Assembly (NCBI GenBank): GCA_018714485.1
Contig: DVNJ01000015.1
Location: 35,217-99,216, forward strand
DNA length: 64,000 bases
Origin: Candidatus Caccalectryoclostridium excrementigallinarum
GTDB taxonomy: Bacteria > Bacillota > Clostridia > Christensenellales > UBA3700
Reading direction: 5' to 3'
Shown here: piece by piece, positions 53,675 through 62,206 of the stretch
Numbering within the stretch: position 1 is the stretch's first letter
Layout of the letters: each line of letters starts with the position of its first letter
The notes under the pieces: model-generated
Told to the model about the DNA's origin: nothing
The model's input: only the letters and a program-made list of their open reading frames with translations
The model's database searches: none
Program-made: the position numbers and the translations under genes

Positions 53675-53773
53675 CGCGGCGGGGGAGAAGCTCATATTAT
53701 GTTAGGGGAAGGCAAAGGTTTTGTTCCTTGCCCGAAGCGAAAGACCCTCCTTTCGGGAAAGATACGCGAGAAA

Positions 53774-53806
53774 TAAAAAGGGGCGGCGTGAAAACGCCGC
53801 CTTTAT
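53774..53806. terminator. bidirectional terminator (213-aa ORF / GH30 gene)
   Basis: GGCGGCG (53782-53788) - TGAAAA - CGCCGCC (53795-53801), with an A-run before and T-rich sequence after. Confidence 0.65.
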
Positions 53807-53846
53807 CGCTTTTTGCCCGCTTAAACGCCGCTTTTATCGCCGCGCC

Positions 53847-55400
53847 TCAGCGCATGACGATGGTCGTCACCGACATGGGCGAGATAACGAGGTTCTTTCT
53901 GAACGCGCCCTCGTATTCGGTCTTGAGGTCGCAGTTCTCGTTTGTGACCGTGACGGTCATGTTCGTATAGCCGCCCGCGATGTTGACGGGGAAGGAAGAG
54001 GAAGTGTCGTTGACAAGGATCACGATCACCGTGCCGTCCGCGCGCGAGAACGCCGTGCCGCAAAGGTCGGAGCCGTAAGATGAAGAGGCGTTGAGCCACT
54101 CCAAGCCCACGCGCACGTCGCCCGGCTCGACAAACTTGCTGTATTGCGCCATGGCATAATAGCGCTTGACGTATTTCAGCTCGGATGAATCCGAATAATA
54201 ATCCCAATAGACAAGCCCGTCGTTGTAATCGTAATCGCTCGCGGCGATCCACCAGCTCCAGGAGCGGGCGTTGAGATAGGAGAGGTCTTTTTGCATTATC
54301 TTGGCGACATAGGTGCCCGAAGCCATGCCCGCGTCCACGCCCCCTTCCATGTGGCAGACTTCCGTCATATCCACGGAAAATTCGCTGTCGCCGAGGATAT
54401 TTTCTATGCGCGAGATATAGGACTTGCGCGCGGAGTCGCTCATAGGCTCTTCGTAGGCGTGAACGGAAAGTCCGTAAAGCTCGTCGAACCAAGGATATTT
54501 CGAAAGTTCATAGACATATTCGACCGCGCGGCTCTTTGAAAGATAGGAAGTATAGTTGCCGCTCTCGACGGCGGAGATCTTCACTTCGAGGGGGAGCCCC
54601 TGCTGCGTGGCGTTGAATTCTTCGATGGCGGAATAAAGAGCGTCCACGACCTTTGCCGCTTCGGCGGGCTCGTAATGGCAGCCTTCCTGCGTCGAGCCGT
54701 CTCCGCCCCACTTATGCTGAGGCTCGTTGATCGGGCTGACCACGGAAACCGGGATGCCGTCCGCCCTAAGAGTGAGAATGCAGTTGAGGACATAGGCGGC
54801 GAACGCCTTATAATTTTCCTCGGGAAGGTTGCTGTCGTATTCGTTTTCCCCGTGAGTGACGCCCGAGGCGGTCATGAGGTAGTGAGGGGAGTTGACGAAA
54901 ACTATCACTTGGTCTATGCTCGAGCCGGGCTGATCGAGGCAGGTATGCAAAAATTCCACCGCGTTTTTGTCGCCCTCGACGCTGTATTTGCTCCTGTCGG
55001 CGAAGTTTTCTTCGAGAGTCTTACTCTCGTCGTACTTTGAAGAGTCGAAGAGCGAATAAGCCTTTCTCTCCTGAACGTAATTCACGCCTTCTTCCGCGCC
55101 CAGCTCCGCCGAGCCGCCGCCGATGTTATAGCGGTAAATGTTCAGTCCCAGCCCCGAATCCGAATAAAGGGCTTCGGCGAGCGCCGCCGCGGCGGCGGAG
55201 TCCTCGGGGACGGTCTGCGACCACCAGGCGGAAGAGGCGCCCCAGCCCGTCATGGTCTGATGGCGCTCGGACGTGTTCACGGCGAGGCAGTTGTCAAGCC
55301 CGCCGGGATTTAGCTCGGAAGTCTTGCCGCAGCCCGAGAGCGCCGCGGCGAGAACTGCGGCGCAGACGACGAAAACGAGCGCAAGTTTAAGTTTCTTCAT
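53847..55400 (-). CDS. glycoside hydrolase family 30-like lipoprotein
   Basis: 517 aa. Lipobox LSGC. LGLNIYRYNIGGG, WGASSAWW and SPINEPQ-type motifs as in GH30 O-glycosyl hydrolases. Confidence 0.7.
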   Translation of the reverse strand: MKKLKLALVFVVCAAVLAAALSGCGKTSELNPGGLDNCLAVNTSERHQTMTGWGASSAWWSQTVPEDSAAAAALAEALYSDSGLGLNIYRYNIGGGSAELGAEEGVNYVQERKAYSLFDSSKYDESKTLEENFADRSKYSVEGDKNAVEFLHTCLDQPGSSIDQVIVFVNSPHYLMTASGVTHGENEYDSNLPEENYKAFAAYVLNCILTLRADGIPVSVVSPINEPQHKWGGDGSTQEGCHYEPAEAAKVVDALYSAIEEFNATQQGLPLEVKISAVESGNYTSYLSKSRAVEYVYELSKYPWFDELYGLSVHAYEEPMSDSARKSYISRIENILGDSEFSVDMTEVCHMEGGVDAGMASGTYVAKIMQKDLSYLNARSWSWWIAASDYDYNDGLVYWDYYSDSSELKYVKRYYAMAQYSKFVEPGDVRVGLEWLNASSSYGSDLCGTAFSRADGTVIVILVNDTSSSFPVNIAGGYTNMTVTVTNENCDLKTEYEGAFRKNLVISPMSVTTIVMR

Positions 55401-57177
55401 TGCTGTCCCTCTTTTTCTTTCTCTTTATGGTGATGACGATCGCCAACGCCGCGCCCAAGACGGCGAGGACGCATAAGACGATGATCAAGGTTATCTGAAC
55501 GGTGGTGAGAGCGCTCACCGTGAGGTTTTCCGTGAGGACGTAAGCCATCGTGTCGCCGTAATAGACGCAAGTCCAGAGGCTTTCTTCGTCAAAGGCGGAA
55601 ACAAGCCTGAGTTCGCTGCCGTCGGGAAGCTCGCCCAAAACTTCCGAGGTCTCGTCGGGCTGGGCGTAAAGGGCGACGTAAACGCCCGCTCTCTTTGAGT
55701 CGGTGAGGCAGAAGTCGTCCACGCCCGCGGGGGAGTAGGCGACGTAAGGACAGACGAGACGGGCGTCGACGTAGCCTATGCTCACCTCATCTCCGCGCGA
55801 GAGATAGACGCGCGCCCAGCTCGTCGAACCCACGTCGAGCAAGCCCGAGACGGAGAGGACGACGCGCTCTTTTTCTTCCGAGCCGGGAGTCAGAGACAAG
55901 ACGGCTCCCGAAGAGTCGGTGGAGAGATACGCCTCGATCGCGCTCGACTTGACGGGGAAGGTGTAAACGGGCGTCTCCCCCTTTCCGTGCAGCGGCTGCG
56001 CGGCGGTGAATTCGGGCGAGGTCAATTCGCGCAAGGCGGCGTCGCCTTCGGGGACGTAGCCGTATTCGCCGCTTTCCGTGACGCAGTAATAATAGGGATA
56101 GAGGACGCCGCCGTCGTCATAGACTACGCGCGTGAGCGCGAGGACGCTCCCATTTACGCGGGCGACGACTTCAAGGTCGCGGGGAGAGCGGTAAAGGACA
56201 AGCTCGTCCCCCTCTTTCGCCGCCGCGGGGAGAACTATGTCGCGCGCTTCGGGCGCGTTGTATTCCTCCGCGTCGTAGCATTTGTTGTAGATAAGAGCGC
56301 CGCCGGTTATCGTATAGCGCTTTATCGAGAGCGCCGAAGAGTCGAAAGCATATAAAAATCCGCCTTCCGAGTCTATCTTCGAGGGATAGAGCACTCCGGG
56401 AAGCTTACTTAAAGAGTTCTTTTCCGCGTCGTAGGCATAGATCCCGTCCGCGCAGGAGACGGCGAGCAGCCCTTGGGATAAAGGCGTTAAGCCGTAGATC
56501 GTCGAGGGGGCGGTGAGCTTGCTGACGGTGGAATAGTCGGTGCGGCTCGTGTCGTAAAGATAAAGCTCCGCTCCCTTGGCAAAGAGCATATTGCCCGCGC
56601 CGAAGGCGGCGTCTTCGGGGATATAAAAACAGCTTGCGCCGTCATAGTAGACGGCGGCGACGTCACCGAAGGGATCGGCGAAGGGAACGTATTGCACGAG
56701 CTTTGTGTCCACGTTATAGACGTTTATCCTTGACATGAGCAGAAATTCGTCATTCAAAACGCCGAGGCAGACCGCCGCGGAGAGCGCGGGTTCGTCGGCG
56801 GCGGGGAAGGTCGCCGACGGGTCGATGACGCCCGCGTCCTTGTCGTAAGAAAGCACGGTGAGGATATTTTTGTCGCCGCTTTGAGAGAGCACGGCGATCC
56901 TGTCCGAAGTTATTTTCAGATCTTTCGCCTCCCCCTCGAAGGCGTTTTCGAGAGTGAAGGGGTCTTCGTTATAGGAAAGGTCGACTATGCTCAAACTGTT
57001 GCCGCTCGTATAGGCAAGGTGAGTGGGAGAGACGGCGAAGAGCGTGTCGGAAGAAAGAAGCACGGGCGCGGGATTTTCCGCCGCGGCGAGGGGAGCGCAG
57101 AAAAACAGCGCGCTTAGCAGCAGCGCAAGCGCGCATACCGCCGTCAAGAGAAAGGAAATTTTCCGCCCGATGCTCAT
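55387..57177 (-). CDS. hypothetical cell-surface protein (signal peptide, repeat-rich ectodomain, SH3-like modules, C-terminal TM anchor)
   Basis: 596 aa. N-terminal signal (FLLTAVCALALLLSALFF), C-terminal TTVQITLIIVLCVLAVLGAALAIVITIKRKKKRD. 14-nt overlap with the GH30 start. Confidence 0.6.
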   Translation of the reverse strand: MSIGRKISFLLTAVCALALLLSALFFCAPLAAAENPAPVLLSSDTLFAVSPTHLAYTSGNSLSIVDLSYNEDPFTLENAFEGEAKDLKITSDRIAVLSQSGDKNILTVLSYDKDAGVIDPSATFPAADEPALSAAVCLGVLNDEFLLMSRINVYNVDTKLVQYVPFADPFGDVAAVYYDGASCFYIPEDAAFGAGNMLFAKGAELYLYDTSRTDYSTVSKLTAPSTIYGLTPLSQGLLAVSCADGIYAYDAEKNSLSKLPGVLYPSKIDSEGGFLYAFDSSALSIKRYTITGGALIYNKCYDAEEYNAPEARDIVLPAAAKEGDELVLYRSPRDLEVVARVNGSVLALTRVVYDDGGVLYPYYYCVTESGEYGYVPEGDAALRELTSPEFTAAQPLHGKGETPVYTFPVKSSAIEAYLSTDSSGAVLSLTPGSEEKERVVLSVSGLLDVGSTSWARVYLSRGDEVSIGYVDARLVCPYVAYSPAGVDDFCLTDSKRAGVYVALYAQPDETSEVLGELPDGSELRLVSAFDEESLWTCVYYGDTMAYVLTENLTVSALTTVQITLIIVLCVLAVLGAALAIVITIKRKKKRDSNEET

Positions 57178-57266
57178 GCATTGATTATAACATATATTTT
57201 ATAATGTGCGCAATAAAAAACGCGGAATAGGAAAAGTCTTTGAAAAGAGCATTATCTCTCACGCGC

Positions 57267-57295
57267 TTGCCTTTTGGATCGCTTTATGCTAAGAT
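57267..57295 (+). promoter_or_regulatory. promoter of the WG-repeat gene (leaderless geometry)
   Basis: TTGCCT (57267-57272) - 17 nt - TAAGAT (57290-57295). The A of ATG 57302 is the 7th nt after the -10. No SD. Confidence 0.6.
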
Positions 57296-57301
57296 AGCGG
57301 T

Positions 57302-58279
57302 ATGGACAAAAAATTCGTTCACAACAGGCGCAGGCGTCCTCAGGGGCAGCAATACAAGCCGCAGGGCGATCCCGCGGCGCTGGCAAAGCCCGTCGAAGAG
57401 CTGAACCTGCGCGAAAATACGCTCGCCGCGCTCAAAGCGGGGGGAGTAAAGACCGCTCAAGACCTGGCGCGCAGACGCGAGCGCGAAATGTATAAGGTGC
57501 AGAATATCGGCAAAAGGGACATCTTCGAGATCAAAAAGGCTCTCGAAGGGTTGGGGCTCGGATTCAGAAAGGAAGAAGAAGCGCCGCGCCGCGAAGAAAA
57601 CGCCGCCCGTGCCGAAGGGGCTAAGCCTCAGCGCGAAAAGAGCGAAAAGGGCGCTCCTTCCGAAAAGTGCGTTCAAAAAAAGAAAAGCGCGGAAGGGAAA
57701 AAGCCCTTCCCCGAGCGCAGGGAAAACCGTCCCGAGGGCGAGAAAAACGCAGGCAGGGGCGGAAAAAAGAACGCGGACGCGCTCAACAGGGAGCTTTCGC
57801 GCCTTTATGCGGGCATGACCATCAACGAGATAATCATGGGCGGAAAAAGGCGCCGCCCCGCCTTTATCCCCTATCCCAAAGAGGGGATAAAGCAGGGAGA
57901 TCTCATCAAGTTCTATCGCGCCGGCAAGTGGGGATATAAGGATTGGAAAGGAAACGTGATCATCTCGCCGCAATATGACGAGGCTTTCCCCTTCCGCGGC
58001 GACAGAGCGGGCGTTGAAGAAAACGGCTTGATAGGTTATATCGACAAGAAGAACAACAAGGTCATCGAATGTAAATACGACTGCGGGACCTCTTTTTCCG
58101 AGGGACTTGCGGCGGTGAGCATGGGCGACAAGAGCGGATATATCGACGAAAACGGCGAAGAAGTCACGGGTCTTATCTATGACGTGGCGACGCCGTTTTG
58201 CGAGGGAAAAGCCGTCGTCCGCGCGGACGAGAGATGGGGAGTTTTAGACAGGCAGACGCTGAAAGTCCTTTGGAGATAA
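57302..58279 (+). CDS. WG-repeat protein with N-terminal RpoA-CTD-like helix-hairpin-helix and Lys/Glu/Arg-rich linker
   Basis: 325 aa. LNLRENTLAALKAGGVKTAQDLARRREREMYKVQNIGKRDIFEIKKALEGLGLGF resembles the RNA polymerase alpha C-terminal domain. C-terminal KWGYKD / GLIGYID / KSGYIDENG / RWGVLD WG repeats. Confidence 0.65.
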   Translation: MDKKFVHNRRRRPQGQQYKPQGDPAALAKPVEELNLRENTLAALKAGGVKTAQDLARRREREMYKVQNIGKRDIFEIKKALEGLGLGFRKEEEAPRREENAARAEGAKPQREKSEKGAPSEKCVQKKKSAEGKKPFPERRENRPEGEKNAGRGGKKNADALNRELSRLYAGMTINEIIMGGKRRRPAFIPYPKEGIKQGDLIKFYRAGKWGYKDWKGNVIISPQYDEAFPFRGDRAGVEENGLIGYIDKKNNKVIECKYDCGTSFSEGLAAVSMGDKSGYIDENGEEVTGLIYDVATPFCEGKAVVRADERWGVLDRQTLKVLWR

Positions 58280-58291
58280 GCTATACGAGGT

Positions 58292-59674
58292 ATGGAAAAG
58301 GTAGGAAAGGGCGGCAAATTATCGATAATGTCGCGGTTTAAGTTCCGCTTGGCGGTCCCGCAGATACTCGCGCTTGGCTATATGGGCGTGATCTTACTTG
58401 GCAGTTTTCTGCTCTCTCTGCCCATATCGGCAAAGTCGGGCGAATGGACTCCCTTTATCAATTCTCTCTTCACGGCGACTTCGGCGACCTGCGTGACCGG
58501 GCTGATCGCTTACGACACCTTCATGCATTGGACGCTCTTCGGGCAGATAGTGATAATTTTGCTCATTCAGACGGGCGGGCTGGGCTTTATGACGGTCGTG
58601 ACCCTCTTTTCCTTCGCCCTCGGCAGAAGGATAGGGCTTTACGAGCGCATAATCTTGGCGCAGTCGGCGGGCGCGATGGGGCACGCGGGCGTGGTCAAGC
58701 TCGTCAAGCGCATAATAATCTTCACGTTCGCCGTGGAGTTGGGCGGCGCGCTCTTGCTCATGATCCGCTTTATTCCCGAATTCGGCGCGGGGAAGGGCAT
58801 TTGGTTTTCCGTCTTTCACAGCATTTCCGCTTTCTGTAACGCGGGCTTCGACCTCATGGGCATAAAGGGAGAGGCGTTCGCCTCGCTCACGAGCTATTCC
58901 GCGGACCCGCTCGTCAACCTCACCATCTGCGCGCTCATCGTCATCGGCGGCATGGGCTATGTTGTCTGGAGCGACATTTGGGACAAAAAATTCCGTTATC
59001 GTAAATATCGTCTGCATACGCGCATCGTGCTTTGGTCGACGCTCATCTTGGTCTTTTTGCCCGCGCTTTTGCTCTTTGCTTTCGAGCATGACGGCGTCCT
59101 TAAAGGCATGAGTTCGGGGGAGAGCTTTCTCGCCTGTCTCTTCCAATCGGTGACGCCGAGGACGGCGGGATTCAACACGGTGCCTCTCGGGGAGCTTTCC
59201 GAAAGCTCGCTGCTTCTCATGGACATACTCATGCTCATCGGCGGCAACAGCGGTTCGACCGCGGGCGGTATCAAGGTCACGACGATCGTGGTCATTCTCT
59301 TCGGGCTTTATTCGTCCGTGAGAGGGGAGAGAGATATCGTGATCGGGAAAAGGAGCCTCGACCTTTCGCTGGTCAAGCAGGCGATGTCGCTTTTCGCCAT
59401 CTACCTGATCCTGACCGTGGCGGCGGTGATGACGATCTGCGCGCTCGAACCCGAGTGCACGCTGTCGCAGGTGCTCTTCGAGTGCTGTTCGGCGATCTGC
59501 ACCGTGGGCGTGACCACGGGGATCACCCCCACGCTCTCGACAGGCTCCAAGATAATACTCATATTGCTTATGTACGCGGGCAGAGTGGGCGTGCTCACCT
59601 TGGCGGGAGCCATGATGAGCAAGCGCAAAGTTTCGCTCACTTCCCGCCCGCACGAAAAAATATTGATCGGCTGA
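58292..59674 (+). CDS. ktrB: TrkH/KtrB-family potassium uptake protein
   Basis: 460 aa. Repeated M1-P-M2 units with TATSATCVTGL, ISAFCNAGF, TPRTAGFN and CTVGVTTG selectivity-filter-like glycines. An alternative start at 58328 is possible. Confidence 0.85.
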   Translation: MEKVGKGGKLSIMSRFKFRLAVPQILALGYMGVILLGSFLLSLPISAKSGEWTPFINSLFTATSATCVTGLIAYDTFMHWTLFGQIVIILLIQTGGLGFMTVVTLFSFALGRRIGLYERIILAQSAGAMGHAGVVKLVKRIIIFTFAVELGGALLLMIRFIPEFGAGKGIWFSVFHSISAFCNAGFDLMGIKGEAFASLTSYSADPLVNLTICALIVIGGMGYVVWSDIWDKKFRYRKYRLHTRIVLWSTLILVFLPALLLFAFEHDGVLKGMSSGESFLACLFQSVTPRTAGFNTVPLGELSESSLLLMDILMLIGGNSGSTAGGIKVTTIVVILFGLYSSVRGERDIVIGKRSLDLSLVKQAMSLFAIYLILTVAAVMTICALEPECTLSQVLFECCSAICTVGVTTGITPTLSTGSKIILILLMYAGRVGVLTLAGAMMSKRKVSLTSRPHEKILIG

Positions 59675-59686
59675 TCGGAGGGAACT

Positions 59687-60334
59687 ATGAAATCCATACT
59701 CGTTATCGGAATGGGAAGATTCGGCACTTACTTAGCGCATAACCTCGCAAGCATGGGCAACCAGGTCATGGTCGTGGACAAGGACGAGGACATCATCGAG
59801 CGCCTCGCGCCCCACTTCACGGACGCGCTCGCGGGCGACTGCGCGCAGGAAGAGGTGCTCAAAGAGATAGGCGTGAACAACTTCGACGTGGTCTTTGTCA
59901 CCATGGGTTCGAGCTTTCAGTCTTCGCTCGAAGTGAGCGCTCTCGCCAAGGACTTGGGCGCAAAGCACGTCGTGTCCATGTCGGGCAGCGAGATACAGAG
60001 CAAGTTTTTGCTGCGCAACGGCGCGGACGAGGTCATCTATCCGCAAAAGGACATGGCGCTCAAAACCGCCGTGCGCTATAACGCGGAGAATATCTTCGAC
60101 TTTATCCAGCTGGACAACGACAACGGCATTTTCGAACTCGCCATTCCCAAGGAATGGGTGGGTAAAGACGTGGTGAGCGCCAACATCAGAAAGGAATATA
60201 ACCTCAACGTGCTCGCCGTGAAAAAGGGCGGAAAAGAGACGCTGCTCGCCATCGCGGGCTATGTCTTTTCCGAGGACGACCATGTCGTCGTCGCCGGCTC
60301 GTTCAAGGACGTGGAGCGACTCAAAGGAAGATAA
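59687..60334 (+). CDS. ktrA: TrkA/KtrA potassium uptake regulatory subunit (RCK_N + RCK_C)
   Basis: 215 aa. ILVIGMGRFGTYLA Rossmann motif. Follows ktrB. Confidence 0.85.
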   Translation: MKSILVIGMGRFGTYLAHNLASMGNQVMVVDKDEDIIERLAPHFTDALAGDCAQEEVLKEIGVNNFDVVFVTMGSSFQSSLEVSALAKDLGAKHVVSMSGSEIQSKFLLRNGADEVIYPQKDMALKTAVRYNAENIFDFIQLDNDNGIFELAIPKEWVGKDVVSANIRKEYNLNVLAVKKGGKETLLAIAGYVFSEDDHVVVAGSFKDVERLKGR

Positions 60335-60349
60335 GAAAGAAAAATGGGA

Positions 60350-60379
60350 AAAGGCGCGGAGAGATCCGCGCCTTTTTTA
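60350..60379 (+). terminator. intrinsic terminator after ktrA
   Basis: GGCGCGGA (60353-60360) - GAGA - TCCGCGCC (60365-60372), followed by TTTTTT. Confidence 0.85.
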
Positions 60380-60451
60380 TGCGAATTTTCTTCTGCGCAT
60401 AATTGACAAGGTTCGGCTGCGTAAAAGCGCCTAAAAGGATCGCTTTGAGGT

Positions 60452-60597
60452 CGGACGGTATTTTTTCCGTCCGGCAAGACAAAGGCGGCGCCCGAAAGAG
60501 CGCCGCCCTGCCGAATATAGGGTGAAAGGAAGGGGGGTGCCTTCCCGTTCGGCTGGAAAATAAGCTTTACGACTTGTTTATAGTAAACATTAAGCTT
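60452..60597. other. cluster of four stable hairpins in a 430-nt intergenic region
   Basis: CGGACGG/CCGTCCG (60452-60473), GGCGGCGC/GCGCCGCC (60484-60507), GGAAGG/CCTTCC (60528-60545), and AAGCTT..GTTTA-TAG-TAAAC..AAGCTT (60562-60597). Confidence 0.5.
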
Positions 60598-60811
60598 ACT
60601 TTATAATTATACCTGTTTTTATCCGGCTCGTCAATCGTTTTAAGCTATGTTTCCGATTTTTTATAAATATATGCCGCTTTCTTAAAATCTTGGGTTTTCA
60701 AAAATTATAGTCGGCGGCGAAATTCTTTTTAAGGTCGGACTTTGTCGAATAAAGGCGCAAAGGCTCCGAGTGGAGAAAAAGGCGTTATAATGAGGGAAAA
60801 AGGAGGGCAAT

Positions 60812-61075
60812 ATGGAAACTTTGCACGAAATGGCGAAAAAGGCGAAAAGGCGTCTGCGCGGCGGAGAAGAGCCGCCTTCGGCGCGGGCGGCGGTGAGCGC
60901 GGAGAGGGTGAGGCAGATGCTCAAAGAGGAGATAGTCATCGATCCTTTGGGCAGGCTGACAGATCATTCCGTGTTCGACAAGCTGGACGAGAGCGAGAAG
61001 CAGCGCTATATCCTCGAACTCGCCGAGAATTACCGCCGCTGTCTCGAACGGTTGAAGAGAGCGAGCGCGGTTTAA
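60812..61075 (+). CDS. hypothetical 87-aa protein
   Basis: AGGAGGG RBS and a TATAAT about 22 nt upstream. Charged helical sequence (METLHEMAKKAKRRL...QRYILELAENYRRCLERLKRA). No family recognised. Confidence 0.5.
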   Translation: METLHEMAKKAKRRLRGGEEPPSARAAVSAERVRQMLKEEIVIDPLGRLTDHSVFDKLDESEKQRYILELAENYRRCLERLKRASAV

Positions 61076-62058
61076 GAGCAGGAAAAGTACATTGCCGCGG
61101 CGTAAAGCGCCGCGAGCGCCAGCCCCTGAAGGCGGGAAGTGCGGCGAAAAAGCAGCACGGGGAAAATAAGGAGCGCGGTGAGGGCGAGGGCGAAAAAGAG
61201 GGTGTAGCGGCGGGTAACGTCGTCGAGGGCAAGTCCTCCCGCCACGCAGGCGGAAAGCCCCAAGATGAGTGTGCCGTTGAGCGCGTTCGCGCCCAAAATG
61301 TTGCCGAGGCTCAACTCCCCCTCTCCCTTTCGCGCGGAGACGATCGCCGTTACCAGCTCGGGAAGCGAGGTCCCGAGCGCGACCACGGTCACGGAGAGTA
61401 TGCGCTGCGGAACGCCGAGGCGGGAGCAGAGCGCGCTCACGCTTTCGACGGTGAAAATTGCGCCCGCCGCCACGAAGACCGCGCCGAAAATCAGGGACAG
61501 GGCGAGAAAAACGCGCGCTTTTGCGCTCAAGGTTTCCCCCGCGGGAGCGTCGCTTTGCGGCAGCGGGGGCTTGCGGCGCGCCTCGGCGATATTTATCGCC
61601 AAAAAGAGCAAAAAGAAAAGCAAGAGCGCGATCCCTTCCGCGCGGCTTATCCCGTCCGAAGAGGCAAAGAGGGGCAGGATGGCGCAGAGGGCGAGGAGAA
61701 AAAGCCCCTTTGCCGCGAAGGCTTTTCCGCCCGCGCGGTAAGGGCAAAGGAGCATGCCCGCGGCGGCGATCAGACCGATGTTGCAGACCATGCTGCCCAC
61801 GGCGTTGCCCACCGCCACGTCCGTGAAGGCTTGAAGCTGCTCGGGAGAAGAGGAAGTCACGCCGCGCACCATCGCCGTGAGCGAAGTGAGCAGTTCGGGC
61901 AGCGTCGTGCCCACGGAGACGATCGTCGCGCCGATGAGCAGTGGCGGGACGCGGAGCAGGCGCGCCGTCTTTGCGGCGGCGTCCACGAAAATGTCGCCGC
62001 CCTTCGCCATGAGCAGCAGTCCCGCGGACAGAGCGAGCACGAACAGAAAAACCGTCAT
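61072..62058 (-). CDS. CaCA-family sodium/calcium antiporter (YrbG-like)
   Basis: 328 aa, about 10 TM segments. Two alpha-repeats (GNAVGSMVCNIGLI and GNILGANALNGTLILG). Confidence 0.85.
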   Translation of the reverse strand: MTVFLFVLALSAGLLLMAKGGDIFVDAAAKTARLLRVPPLLIGATIVSVGTTLPELLTSLTAMVRGVTSSSPEQLQAFTDVAVGNAVGSMVCNIGLIAAAGMLLCPYRAGGKAFAAKGLFLLALCAILPLFASSDGISRAEGIALLLFFLLFLAINIAEARRKPPLPQSDAPAGETLSAKARVFLALSLIFGAVFVAAGAIFTVESVSALCSRLGVPQRILSVTVVALGTSLPELVTAIVSARKGEGELSLGNILGANALNGTLILGLSACVAGGLALDDVTRRYTLFFALALTALLIFPVLLFRRTSRLQGLALAALYAAAMYFSCS

Positions 62059-62120
62059 ACGTTATTTTACGGCGCCGCGCGGCGGCATATGCGGCAAACG
62101 CAAGAAAGTTCGCCAATTCC

Positions 62121-62149
62121 TTGATTATTTTCCCTTTAATCACTATAAT
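62121..62149 (+). promoter_or_regulatory. promoter of leuCD
   Basis: TTGATT (62121-62126) - 17 nt - TATAAT (62144-62149). About 55-nt leader with a GCGGCAAA/TTTGCCGC hairpin. Confidence 0.6.
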
Positions 62150-62206
62150 TATATATAACGCGGCGGCAAAGGGGCTTTTGCCGCGGCAAACGGAAAGGAG
62201 AAACAT

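Noticed and set aside
60742-62206. 460-aa (+) and 473-aa (-) ORFs spanning the 87-aa ORF and the CaCA gene.
   Set aside because: Extremely Arg/Gly/Glu-rich junk translations. The 61072-62058 minus frame has the two CaCA alpha-repeats and normal TM hydrophobicity.
62059-62206. T-box or leucine-leader attenuator upstream of leuC.
   Set aside because: The leader is only ~55 nt, has one hairpin without a U-run, no specifier-loop or T-box sequence, and no Leu-rich mini-ORF.
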